From Spirochaetia bacterium (GTDB lineage: Bacteria; Spirochaetota; Spirochaetia; CADAEX01), in contig OY759746.1 in the NCBI GenBank assembly GCA_963662795.1, forward strand, positions 2,432,001 through 2,496,000: DNA of 64,000 nt, read 5' to 3'. This document shows positions 20,452-30,346 of this stretch, piece after piece. The notes under the pieces were generated by a model that searched no databases, had not been told where the DNA came from, and saw nothing but the letters and a program-made list of their open reading frames with translations. Each line of letters starts with the position of its first letter. The first letter of the stretch is position 1. A program made the position numbers and the translations under genes.

Positions 20452-21399
20452 ATGAAAAAGTTGTTTTTACTGCTGTTCTGCCTTACTTTCTTATTTGTGT
20501 TTTCATGTGCCACAAATCCGCCTGTAGCATCTGATTCTGCTGCGAAAATTGATAAGGAAATTGCAGAAGGGAAGATACCGACTATTGAATACAAAATTCT
20601 TTTAAATGAAAACCTCTTTAAGTTTAATTTTAACGAAGCAGGAGACCCTATTCTTACAGCTGATATAGCTAAGGTACTTAAAGAAGCTGGCGTTGTATTC
20701 CCTGCAGACAAGGGACCGGCTAAAAAAGGAGCTAACCTATATGCTGTTACAGAAAATGGGGAATTACAGAAACAGGAACTTATATACAGGATAAAAGAAG
20801 ATAGTCTGAATCCTGCAAAAAGTAAAATTACTCTGAAATCAAGAGGTGATAACTTTGAAAATCTTGATTTCAAAACAGTTGAAAAAGTAGCATATGAGTT
20901 TGATGCAGCAGCAAGCGGAAAACCGACTACAGACAGAAACAAACTTGTGCATAAATACAATACATCTCTTGATTTTAAATATGATTCGAGCAAAGATTTT
21001 GCAGTAAAAGATGGTAAACTTGATTTTCAGGATTCATGGAAGTGGCTGGATAAAAAATATTACTGGGTGCATCATATGCTCAGACAGAATTATCCCTCAA
21101 TAGTTAATGCAACATTCCCTGGTGTAGCCTACACATATTCATTTATCGGAGAACCGGCAGATACTGACCCGAAATATAAAGATCTTGAGTTTGCTTTTGA
21201 TTACTGGATTATGAAAAAAGATGGCAAAGAAAAAATAGTTACTGAGCTTTCCTGGGAAAATACGGTAGACCTTACACCTGAAAGAAAGGTTATACTGGAT
21301 AACTACTATTTTAATATGTATAAAAAATTGTATGATAAGGGTTATGTTAAAAAAGATCAGTTATTAAAAACTGACGAATATTTGAAGTTTTTTAAATAA
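20452..21399 (+). CDS. Lipoprotein, possibly CYTH/triphosphate-tunnel-like
   Basis: Lipobox FVFSC; IEYK, IYRIKE, KITLKSR, ELSW motifs. Confidence 0.55.
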   Translation: MKKLFLLLFCLTFLFVFSCATNPPVASDSAAKIDKEIAEGKIPTIEYKILLNENLFKFNFNEAGDPILTADIAKVLKEAGVVFPADKGPAKKGANLYAVTENGELQKQELIYRIKEDSLNPAKSKITLKSRGDNFENLDFKTVEKVAYEFDAAASGKPTTDRNKLVHKYNTSLDFKYDSSKDFAVKDGKLDFQDSWKWLDKKYYWVHHMLRQNYPSIVNATFPGVAYTYSFIGEPADTDPKYKDLEFAFDYWIMKKDGKEKIVTELSWENTVDLTPERKVILDNYYFNMYKKLYDKGYVKKDQLLKTDEYLKFFK

Positions 21400-21423
21400 A
21401 GCATTCACCTGTTATTTTATCCT

Positions 21424-21450
21424 GCAGCCGGGTAACCGATTCCCGGCTGC
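21424..21450 (+). terminator. Hairpin terminator
   Basis: GCAGCCGGG...CCCGGCTGC downstream of the stop codon. Confidence 0.6.
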
Positions 21451-21704
21451 CCATCTTTCTCCAGCGGTCATTGTTCCTGCTTAAAAGTGAATCAGTGAAA
21501 ATTTTACTGAGTAAAAAACTTCCCGTATTTACCGGGAAATCTGGCTAAAACCAATAATTACAAATATTTATTCTCATGGATGAGAAACGGACTCATGACC
21601 CGTTTTTCAGGTGGCGTCCATTACTGCAAACCATATTTAATAAGGCTGTTCATATCTTGTTTTTATTTGAAAAAATAATATAATTATAATAATTGGAGAT
21701 ATCA

Positions 21705-22157
21705 ATGAAAAAAATAGCCTTTTTAGTGCTGATTATTGGCATAATGACAATTTCTTCAGCATTATATGCGCAGACGGCTGAACAGGAAATAGTTATACAA
21801 TCTGTAACTGGAATTGTAAGTTGTGAAGTTTCCACAGGTAAATGGGAAACAGTCACTGCAGACAAAAAACTTACACAGGCTACACAAATAAATACCGGAC
21901 TCAACTCCTCTCTTACCCTTAAAATGGGCGAACGGGTAATAACTATACCGGCAATGCAGAAAGGAACAATAGAAAAGCTGATCGCTTCTTCTTCTGAAAG
22001 CAGGACCGGTATAAAATTAGGCGCAGGAATAACGGAAACGCCTGTAATTACTTCTACACAGGAGAGGACAAATATTTCAACCGCTTCAACACGGGCAGAA
22101 AAAATTAATGATGAAGTTAAATGGATAGAAGAAGAAAAAGAAGAAGAAAAAAAATAA
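21705..22157 (+). CDS. Secreted FecR-like protein
   Basis: GGAG RBS, signal peptide, VTGIV...W...INTGLNSSLTL. Confidence 0.55.
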   Translation: MKKIAFLVLIIGIMTISSALYAQTAEQEIVIQSVTGIVSCEVSTGKWETVTADKKLTQATQINTGLNSSLTLKMGERVITIPAMQKGTIEKLIASSSESRTGIKLGAGITETPVITSTQERTNISTASTRAEKINDEVKWIEEEKEEEKK

Positions 22158-22376
22158 AAGCATTTATATATATGCTGAGTAATTTCAGCGATATATAAGC
22201 CATGAATTTGTTATATTTTTCTCATAAATGACAAAAAAACCTCATTAAATCCAGGCATAATTAAAAAGAGTCTAAAATACACAAGTAATTTATTAACAAC
22301 AGGGTCAGGCGGATATTTGTTGATTTTACTGAACCATGATTTATAATAAATATTATTTTTTAATATTGGAGCAATT

Positions 22377-22789
22377 ATGAAAAAACAGCTGGTACTGATT
22401 TTAATTACAGCATTTATATTTGTGCTTTCTGCTGTGAGACAGACATGGGAACGCCCCCTGCTCTTGTCTTGAAATTCTCTGTTGATGGTTTTGTTTCGGA
22501 CGGTTCAGGCGTTCTGGTAGATTATACAATTATCAATGACGGGGAAGGGGACCTTGAAAACTGCAAGATACAACTTGCCATAGAGACTACAACTTCCAAT
22601 TATACGTACTGGACAGGCGGTGTTAATCTTTCCAAGGGTAAAAGCCATTCTGTCGATGAAGAACATATAAATGTAGGCGGTACTACTAATGCCGTATATG
22701 TCATTGCCGCCGGGTTTGATGATTATTCAAAATCATCAACCAGTCCTGGAAGAACAATAATTTACTATGACAAACAGATTAAACAATGA
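22377..22789 (+). pseudogene. Lipoprotein with a frameshift at the lipobox
   Basis: MKKQLVLILITAFIFVLS signal peptide; the Cys-Glu-Thr-Asp-Met-Gly continuation is in another frame (ORF 22445-22789). Confidence 0.65.
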
Positions 22790-22841
22790 TTTTTATGAAC
22801 AGTCTGACGTGATACAGCCAGTCCAGTAAAAGGGGAAAAAT

Positions 22842-23692
22842 ATGAAAATATGGTTTGATATGAGGACTGTTGCGCTGTTTTCAGGACTGATTATGTTTGT
22901 ACTCTTCTTTTGCATGCTTTTTATATTTATCCGGAGGAGAACCTATAATGGCTTTTTATTCTGGGTTATTGCCACATTCCTGAATGCTCCCGGCCTAATG
23001 CTGCTGAGTCTGAGGGGTTATCTCCCTGATTTTATCACGATCGTAACGGCAAACATGTTAATTACTCCTTCGGCCGGATTAAATGCTTACAGCCTTGAGG
23101 TCTTCTACGGCGGTAAAGGTAAAAAGCAGTATTATGTTTCTGCATCTTTTCTGATTTTATTTCTTTTATCTATTTTACTTATCGGGATCCAAATGTAAAT
23201 GCCAGGATAGTTATAATTTCTGCGGTATGGTCCTTTCTTTTCTCTTACTGTCTGTATGTAATTCATCGCAGAACATTATGGCAGCACAAAGAGAAAAATC
23301 TGCTTTTAACCGGGTCTTTGATTTTTCTGGTTATTTGCAATCTATACCGAATTTTTCCTACTGTTTATATTGAGGGACGAATCACGGATTTCATGGCTGC
23401 TTCAGCTATTCAGGGCATTTTACTGGAAATTAATTTATTGGCGCATGTACTAATTGTTATTGGACTCATCGTTCTTAACTTTGAGAGAGCGGAGGGCGAT
23501 CTTCATACTGCCGTATCTGAGATAAAAACACTTAGAGGCATTATTCCCATCTGTTCTAACTGCAAGAAAATCAGAAATGATGAAGGGGTCTGGAATCAGA
23601 TCGAATCCTACATCGAAGAACATTCTGAGGTTGAATTTTTTTCTCATGGTATCTGCCCGGAATGCACAAAAAAGCTTTACCCTGAATTATAG
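22842..23692 (+). pseudogene. Multi-TM sensor protein with C-terminal LRGIIPICxxCKKIR...SHGICPEC domain, split by a frameshift near 23150-23200
   Basis: ORFs 22842-23198 and 23318-23692 read as halves of one membrane protein. Confidence 0.7.
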
Positions 23693-24222
23693 AAGCCCCT
23701 GTCCGCTCTGCATTAAAAATCCTCATTCTCATGCATTTGTCACAGTTTTATCACAAATGGCAAAAAACCGCATAAAAAAAGCTTCCGCAATTAAGCTGGA
23801 AACTCCATAAAACATTGATGCACAACAAGTCGCCATTATCCCGAACGCAACGCTTCGCAAACACATGACCTGTTGCTCAGGAGGCGTTCGTATATAGCAA
23901 ATCATTGTTAAAATATTAAATATCGTATGAATTATAGACTATTTACCGTGTTTTTACTTAATAATACAGTCACTTTTTTTTGTTCTGCTATCTATTCTTT
24001 TTACATTTTATCAGAAGTAATTATTTAAAATAATAAGTTGATTAAGTAAAAGAAAAGCATTTTCTCATACTGTTGGTTTTCACTCTGAACTGACAGTATC
24101 AAGGGATGCCCATAAATGTTTTCCCGATTATATTGCCATGTAATAATTAGGTTCTGAATAATTGACAGAAATAAAAAAAAATAATATTGTTTATATACCA
24201 AATCGTAAGATAAGGATAAAGA

Positions 24223-24360
24223 GATTTTCGGGGCAAGGTGAGGAACTTCCGCAAGGGGGCTCCAATTCCTTACCGGCGGTAACAGCCCGCGACTTCCCCT
24301 TGGGGAATTGAGTCTGGTGAAATTCCAGCGCCGACGGTATAGTCCGGATGGAAGAAGATC
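24223..24360 (+). ncRNA. FMN riboswitch (RFN element)
   Basis: TTCGGGGCAAGGTGA...AATTCCTTACCGGCGGT...AGCCCGCGA...CTGGTGAAATTCCAGCGCCGACGGTATAGTCCGGATGGAAGAAG upstream of ribD. Confidence 0.96.
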
Positions 24361-24403
24361 ATATGTACCCTGCAATTCAGGGGCATATTTTTAATGGAAT
24401 TTC

Positions 24404-24443
24404 AGGCCCCGTGAAAGCTAATTGCTTTCCCGGGGCTTTTTTT
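24404..24443 (+). terminator. Riboswitch expression-platform terminator
   Basis: AGGCCCCGTGAAAGC/GCTTTCCCGGGGCT followed by a T run. Confidence 0.85.
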
Positions 24444-24505
24444 ATCTTCTAATCAAACCCTAAACCTCTCCTATCCTGAAGGAGAGCATTATTGACTACA
24501 ATGAA

Positions 24506-25597
24506 TTGATGGACAGAGCCCTGACTCTTGCAAGAATGGGCTGGCCTGCGCCGAATCCCTATGTCGGTGCTGTGATCATCCGGGAAGGCCGGATAATAGG
24601 AACTGGATACCACATCCGAAGGGGAGGAATGCACGCAGAAGCTGCAGCTTTGGCTGCTTGTAATGAGGACCCTGCCGGCGCGGTTTTAGTTGTCACAATG
24701 GAGCCTTGTTGTCACTCCGGAGAGGGCAAGCTTACTCCACCTTGTACCGAGACAATTATCGCAGCCGGCATCTCTACAGTGGTTGTGGGATCTCTGGATC
24801 CTAACCCAATTGTGGCAGGGAAGGGAATCGTTCGTCTCAGAGCTGCCGGAGTAAAAGTTATTACAGGAATTCGCGAACAGGAATGTCAACTCCTCAATAA
24901 AACTTATTTTTATCATCGCCGTACCGGTTTGCCATGGGTTCATTTGAAGATAGCCCAGACCAATGATGGTTTTGCCTCATTCCCTGAGGGTGGTGGAATT
25001 ATTACCGGAGAAGATGTCCGCAGGGAAGTACACCAACTGAGAGCGAAGCATCAGGCGATATTGGTTGGATCGGGTACCGTAAAAACTGATAATCCAAAAC
25101 TTAATGTCCGTTATGCAGAAGGGCCTGATCCGCTTAAGATCATTCTCAATACCAGCCTCGATCTGAATGTAAATATTCCTCTTTTTTATCCGCCTGGAAC
25201 GGCCTGGATTATAGGGGGGGAAGGAGCTTTGGAGAAGAACAGGAGAGAATGGGAATTAAAAAATGTTCCAGTCATTCTTGTTCCTGGAAATCCTCAGGGC
25301 TATATCCGACTTGGATCACTCATGGAGGAGCTGGGACGTCGGGGGATCATCAGTCTCATGGTCGAGGGGGGACCGAAAATTTCTGCGGCCCTTCTGGCAG
25401 ATAATCTTGTCCAGGAATTGAGTATTTACAGGTCTCCCCGAAATATTGGGAAAGGCATACCTTCATTTTCACCCGACCATCCTTTTTTACCTGCCCAAGT
25501 GGGACTTTTACAAGTGGAAAACAGGCGAATAGGATCTGATAGGCTGTTCCGATATGAAAAAACAGACAAGGCAGGTGAGTCGTGTTTACAGGGTTAA
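24506..25597 (+). CDS. ribD: Bifunctional diaminohydroxyphosphoribosylaminopyrimidine deaminase / reductase
   Basis: PNPYVGAV, HAE, EPCCH...PPC, DNPKLNVR, VEGG. Confidence 0.95.
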   Translation: MMDRALTLARMGWPAPNPYVGAVIIREGRIIGTGYHIRRGGMHAEAAALAACNEDPAGAVLVVTMEPCCHSGEGKLTPPCTETIIAAGISTVVVGSLDPNPIVAGKGIVRLRAAGVKVITGIREQECQLLNKTYFYHRRTGLPWVHLKIAQTNDGFASFPEGGGIITGEDVRREVHQLRAKHQAILVGSGTVKTDNPKLNVRYAEGPDPLKIILNTSLDLNVNIPLFYPPGTAWIIGGEGALEKNRREWELKNVPVILVPGNPQGYIRLGSLMEELGRRGIISLMVEGGPKISAALLADNLVQELSIYRSPRNIGKGIPSFSPDHPFLPAQVGLLQVENRRIGSDRLFRYEKTDKAGESCLQG

Positions 25598-26208
25598 TCC
25601 GCGAAATAGGGTGGATAGAAGCAATCCGGACAGGAAGGGGCATTAGACATATTACCTATTCAGCTCCGGCAATTGCAGGTTCACTGAAAACAGGCAGTTC
25701 GGTGGCGGTAGACGGCGTATGCCAGACTGTTACTGCACTGACACACAAGGGGTTTTCAGCCCAGGCTCTGGAAGCGAGTTTACTGAAGACTACTCTGGGA
25801 GATGTAAAAAAAGGATCTCCAGTCAATCTGGAACCGGCTCTAGTCGTTGGAGAGTCTCTGGACGGCCATATTGTCCAGGGGCATGTTTCAGGGACAGCCG
25901 TGATACTGGGGATGAAGAAACAGGGAATGAATAGATATTTACGGCTGAAACTTGCACCGGAACTTATTAAAAACTGTGTTTCCGAAGGTTCTCTTACCGT
26001 GAACGGCATCAGTCTTACAATAGCTGAATTAAGGTCCTGTGAAATAGTGATTAATATCATTCCGCTTACATGGGATACAACAACCCTGCAATTTAAACAT
26101 GCGGGGGATATGGTAAATATCGAAACTGACTTCTTCCTCCGCAGAGAGGAAGTGACTGCACGTAACAGTGCTCTAACCAAAGAGAGGATAATTAAATGGG
26201 GATACTAA
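25582..26208 (+). CDS. ribE: Riboflavin synthase
   Basis: MFTG, GVCQT, VNLE, GHIVQGHV, VNIETD. Confidence 0.95.
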   Translation: MFTGLIREIGWIEAIRTGRGIRHITYSAPAIAGSLKTGSSVAVDGVCQTVTALTHKGFSAQALEASLLKTTLGDVKKGSPVNLEPALVVGESLDGHIVQGHVSGTAVILGMKKQGMNRYLRLKLAPELIKNCVSEGSLTVNGISLTIAELRSCEIVINIIPLTWDTTTLQFKHAGDMVNIETDFFLRREEVTARNSALTKERIIKWGY

Positions 26209-27401
26209 CAAGAAAAGACATTGTGCAGAAAGTAGAAACTGCTATTAAAAAACTTCAAAATGGAGAGATTATCATTTTAACTGATGATAAAGATCGTGAG
26301 AATGAAGGTGATTTAGTATGTCTGGCAGAAAAAACTACAACTGCAATGGTTGATTTCATGACACGAAAGGGTCGGGGACTGATATGTACTCCTCTGGGCC
26401 CGGAACTTGTAAAACAATTGGGGCTGCAATCTTCAATTTTGGGAAATGACAGCCCATTCTTCACTCCTTTCACAGAATCGGTAGATGCGAAAGGAACCAC
26501 AACGGGAATTTCAGCAGGAGAAAGGGCTTTGACAATCAGGCTGTTGGCGGATCCGAAATCCACCCGCGGTGATTTTACACGACCCGGGCATATTTTCCCG
26601 CTGGCAGCCAATTCCAGGGGAGTGCTTGGCCGGGCCGGACATACCGAAGGAGCTGTAGATTTGGCAAGATTGGCTGGTACGGTACCGGCAGCTGTAATCT
26701 GTGAAATTCTTGGCGAAAATGGAGGTATGGCCCGGGGTGTTGAGCTGGATAATTATGCAAAAAGAGAAGAGCTTTTCTGTCTTTCTATGGAAGAACTTAC
26801 AACGTATCTATACCGGCCGCTTGAAACAGTTTGGTTACCTTTAAAACAAGGGAATTTTAATCTTTCGATATTTCCAAAACTCTCTGTCGAAACAGATTAT
26901 CCGGTTGTTCTTTCCTCTCATATAAATGAAACAGAACCGGTAATGGTCCGGATTCATTCCCAGTGTCTTACGGGAGATCTTTTTGGTTCTCAACGTTGTG
27001 ACTGCGGAGCTCAACTGGAACAATCTTTAAACCTCATATCCGGAGAGGGAGGTATACTGATTTATCTTTCCCAGGAGGGGCGGGGTATTGGACTTCTTGA
27101 TAAGATCCGGGCTTACAAGCTGCAGGAGAACGGGATGGATACATTGGAAGCTAACCTTGCACTGGGACACTCAGGAGACTCCCGGAATTACGATACAGCA
27201 GTCAGAATTCTGAAAGCTCTGGATTTAAAAAACCTGGTACTTCTTACCAATAATCCTGAAAAATTTGCAGCTCTGGAAAAAGAAGGATTTGCGGTAGAAA
27301 GAAGAGCTCTTGAAATACCTCCAGATAAATATAATTACCAGTATTTATTAACTAAAAAACAACGCATGGGACATTTTTTGTCTCTCAGGGAGAATGTATG
27401 A
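26196..27401 (+). CDS. ribBA: DHBP synthase / GTP cyclohydrolase II
   Basis: DRENEGD, PGHIFPL, GHTE; [29 protein letters not shown]. Confidence 0.95.
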   Translation: MGILTRKDIVQKVETAIKKLQNGEIIILTDDKDRENEGDLVCLAEKTTTAMVDFMTRKGRGLICTPLGPELVKQLGLQSSILGNDSPFFTPFTESVDAKGTTTGISAGERALTIRLLADPKSTRGDFTRPGHIFPLAANSRGVLGRAGHTEGAVDLARLAGTVPAAVICEILGENGGMARGVELDNYAKREELFCLSMEELTTYLYRPLETVWLPLKQGNFNLSIFPKLSVETDYPVVLSSHINETEPVMVRIHSQCLTGDLFGSQRCDCGAQLEQSLNLISGEGGILIYLSQEGRGIGLLDKIRAYKLQENGMDTLEANLALGHSGDSRNYDTAVRILKALDLKNLVLLTNNPEKFAALEKEGFAVERRALEIPPDKYNYQYLLTKKQRMGHFLSLRENV

Positions 27402-27883
27402 ATAATTTAGGTCTTAAGGAATATGAAGGAAACTTTAATGCCAGTGAAGGACTTTGGGCATTGGTTGTCAGCCGGTTTAACAGTTTGATTACAGAAAAAC
27501 TTCTGGAGGGTGCTGTGGATGCACTGTGCCGTCATGGGGCATCTCTCAAATCTATTGAAATTATCCGTGTTCCTGGTGCCTTTGAGATTCCATGGGCTGC
27601 GCGGGAAGCTGCGGTTATGGGAAAATACAGGGGAATTATCTGTCTGGGTGCGATAATAAGGGGAGATACACCTCATTTTGATATGGTGGCTAATGAAACC
27701 TCTAAAGGTATCGCATCAATTGCCGTTGAGACAGGGGTCCCTGTCGGATTCGGTGTGTTAACAACCGAAAACCTTGAACAGGCATTGGAAAGGGCAGGTA
27801 CGAAAGCAGGAAACAAGGGATTTGATGCTGCTATGACTGTCATTGAAACAGCCCAGTTGAAAACAGTTTTAAGAGAAGAATAA
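27398..27883 (+). CDS. ribH: 6,7-dimethyl-8-ribityllumazine synthase
   Basis: [25 protein letters not shown]. Confidence 0.97.
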   Translation: MNNLGLKEYEGNFNASEGLWALVVSRFNSLITEKLLEGAVDALCRHGASLKSIEIIRVPGAFEIPWAAREAAVMGKYRGIICLGAIIRGDTPHFDMVANETSKGIASIAVETGVPVGFGVLTTENLEQALERAGTKAGNKGFDAAMTVIETAQLKTVLREE

Positions 27884-28145
27884 TTTTTCTTTAGGGCTAT
27901 TTTAAATGTCAAGCTTCTTTCGAATTGTCAATTTTTCGGAAGAAGCATTATTACCAGAAAAGAAAATCATATACCTTTCTTTCTAAATACAAATGGATCA
28001 ATTTATATTCATTCCAGACACTTTTAAATTGAATTTCAGGTATTTTCTCTTCATTTGTAATTTCTTACATGAGAAAAACAACTAAAAGGAAAATTAATTA
28101 ATGAAATATAATAAGCAATAATTTTTCTTATTAATGTTTTCGTTT

Positions 28146-28537
28146 TTACATATCTAAAAGTGTTTCTATTGGTAATCTTGTTTGAGACATAGTTTCATCT
28201 TTTCGATCACTTAATATCCTTAATATTTGGATGATATCCTGATTTTCAACAGCAATAATGAATTTTCCATTTTTCATACTGCCTTTGATATCACAATCAC
28301 TTAATTTAATATAAGGAGTAACAAGATCAGGCAAATTTACCGCCACACTACCATGCGGAGCTTCATCTGAATTGTTATACCATTTACGACAATGAGATCT
28401 ATAAGTATTTAAAAAGTTTGAAACTTCCTCATGAGATATTTCTTTTTTCCATAAATATTCGTAAAACTGATCCCGTACACCGCCATTAACATTATTTTGG
28501 GAACTAAGATTTATAAAAACAACTAACTTATAAAATA
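28146..28537 (-). pseudogene. 3' fragment of an unknown AT-rich gene
   Basis: Open frame of about 130 codons with no RBS or start at its 5' boundary. Confidence 0.35.
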
Positions 28538-28834
28538 TTTATGTTTAGATATAATCTTTTCTGGAATACGAAAAGTAACAAAAATAATAAGTCAAAATAC
28601 TTATAATATGGGATTAATTTTAAAATAGTTGACATTAGTATTTTCTTTATGTTGTTTTTCCTGAATTAGTTTTCAGGTGATTGATAAAAAGAATTTAAGG
28701 AATATAATTGTATTTCAGTAAAAAACAGATAGAGAAATAACCTTTTTGAAGGTATCATAGTTCTGTAAATCATGACTAAGGATCAACTCTTGATATTATG
28801 AATCATTTGAAAACGCACAGACAGGGGTAAATGA

Positions 28835-29254
28835 ATGATAGTTGCAGTGATAGACGGAATGGGCGGCGGAATTGGGGCTGAAATAATCAACCAAATTAAG
28901 AAAGATATCAAGGATAATGTTACTGTTATAGCGCTTGGTACAAATGCATCTGCGACAGAAAGGATGATGCAGGCAAAGGCAACCCGGGGTGCGTCAGGTG
29001 AGAATGCAATTCGTATATCAGTACGGGAAGCTGATTTCATTATCGGACCTATCGGGATTGCTTTTCCCAATGCGATGATGGGGGAAATTACACCCGCAAT
29101 TGCTGAAATAATATCTCTTTCCACTGCAAAAAAAATTCTTATCCCTATTAACCAGCCTCATTATATAATACCAGGGATTGAAGAGCGTTCGCTCAATGAT
29201 TCAATTAATCTTGCAATTAAATATATCAAAAAGATATTGACAGAAAACAAGTGA
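28835..29254 (+). CDS. DUF3842 family protein
   Basis: IAVIDGMGGGIG, ALGTNA.AT..M, GASGENA, GEITP. Confidence 0.85.
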   Translation: MIVAVIDGMGGGIGAEIINQIKKDIKDNVTVIALGTNASATERMMQAKATRGASGENAIRISVREADFIIGPIGIAFPNAMMGEITPAIAEIISLSTAKKILIPINQPHYIIPGIEERSLNDSINLAIKYIKKILTENK

Positions 29255-29401
29255 GCATAATAATATAAATTACCGGTATGAAACCGGTTTTTGCGGTAAA
29301 AGAATACCGTATTTCTGCTATTTACAAACTTATCAAAGATCCGGCAGTAACGGATACTGCACAACAGAAACGAACTTCTGAAATAATTACAGGAGAAAAA
29401 A

Positions 29402-30346
29402 ATGCATATTCCAACTCACATGATCCAGGGAACCATTCCCCAGATTTCAGCTGCAGGTTCTGCGGCAGGTATTGCGGCAGCCGCATGGTTTGCTGTAAAA
29501 ACAAATGAAAAACCTGCTTCCTTAAGGTTTGCTGCAGTTACAGCACTTATTTTTGCTGCACAGATGATGAACTTCCCTGTCCAGAGCGGTACATCTGGGC
29601 ACCTTATAGGAGCAACACTTGCTGTCATGCTTCTGGGCATCCCGCATGCAGTTCTATCCATGAGCATAGTACTTGTAGTACAGTGTCTTGCCTTCGCAGA
29701 TGGCGGTCTTGATGTTCTTGGTGTCAATGTTCTTAACATGGCTGTTATAGCTGTTATTCCAGGGGCTATTGCCAAATTGTATCTGCTTAAAGGGAAAGGA
29801 AAATCGGTTTCAATGAAATTCACAGTAATTGCTCTTTCATCCTGGTTTTCTGTTATTATTGCAGCTTTTGCATGCTCCCTTGAGCTTGCGTCTGCCGGTA
29901 CTATTTCTGCTTCTGCTGTAATCCCTGCAATGGCTGGTGTTCATGCAATCATCGGAATTGGTGAAGCACTTATAACGGCTGCTGCAGTATTTGCATTTGG
30001 AAGTATTTCAGATAGTGCAGAAGAAAAAACAAAAAATGATCTTTCAAAAAAGAATACATATAAAATACCTCTTGCAGCTGCAGCTGTTATTGCTCTGGTT
30101 TTAAGTCCTTTTGCCAGCAGCTACCCCGACGGGCTTGAATGGGTAGCACAAAAGTATGGTTTTCTGCATGAATCTATGCCACTTTTTGTAAGTCCTTTGC
30201 CGGATTATTCTATTCCTTTTATCAGTAATGAAATGCTTTCCACTTCTCTTGCCGGAATAACAGGGACTTTACTTGTATTTGTTGCTGCATACATTATGGG
30301 TGGAGTTCTGAATCAAAAACCCGCAAAATCCGGAGTTGCTGGGTGA
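29402..30346 (+). CDS. Ni/Co ECF transporter S-component CbiM/NikM fused to a PDGLE (NikN) domain
   Basis: MHI N-terminus, FAAQMMNFPV..GTSGH, FADGG, H..IGIGEA, PDGLE. Confidence 0.9.
   Translation: MHIPTHMIQGTIPQISAAGSAAGIAAAAWFAVKTNEKPASLRFAAVTALIFAAQMMNFPVQSGTSGHLIGATLAVMLLGIPHAVLSMSIVLVVQCLAFADGGLDVLGVNVLNMAVIAVIPGAIAKLYLLKGKGKSVSMKFTVIALSSWFSVIIAAFACSLELASAGTISASAVIPAMAGVHAIIGIGEALITAAAVFAFGSISDSAEEKTKNDLSKKNTYKIPLAAAAVIALVLSPFASSYPDGLEWVAQKYGFLHESMPLFVSPLPDYSIPFISNEMLSTSLAGITGTLLVFVAAYIMGGVLNQKPAKSGVAG

Noticed and set aside
20379-20993. 204-aa antisense ORF
   Set aside because: Shadow of the lipoprotein gene, which has an RBS, signal peptide and terminator.
24025-24375. 116-aa minus-strand ORF
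   Set aside because: Overlaps the FMN riboswitch on the opposite strand; spurious.
29278-29508. 76-aa ORF as a leader peptide for nikMN
   Set aside because: No RBS, overlaps nikM out of frame, and has no His/Cys pattern suggesting metal sensing.
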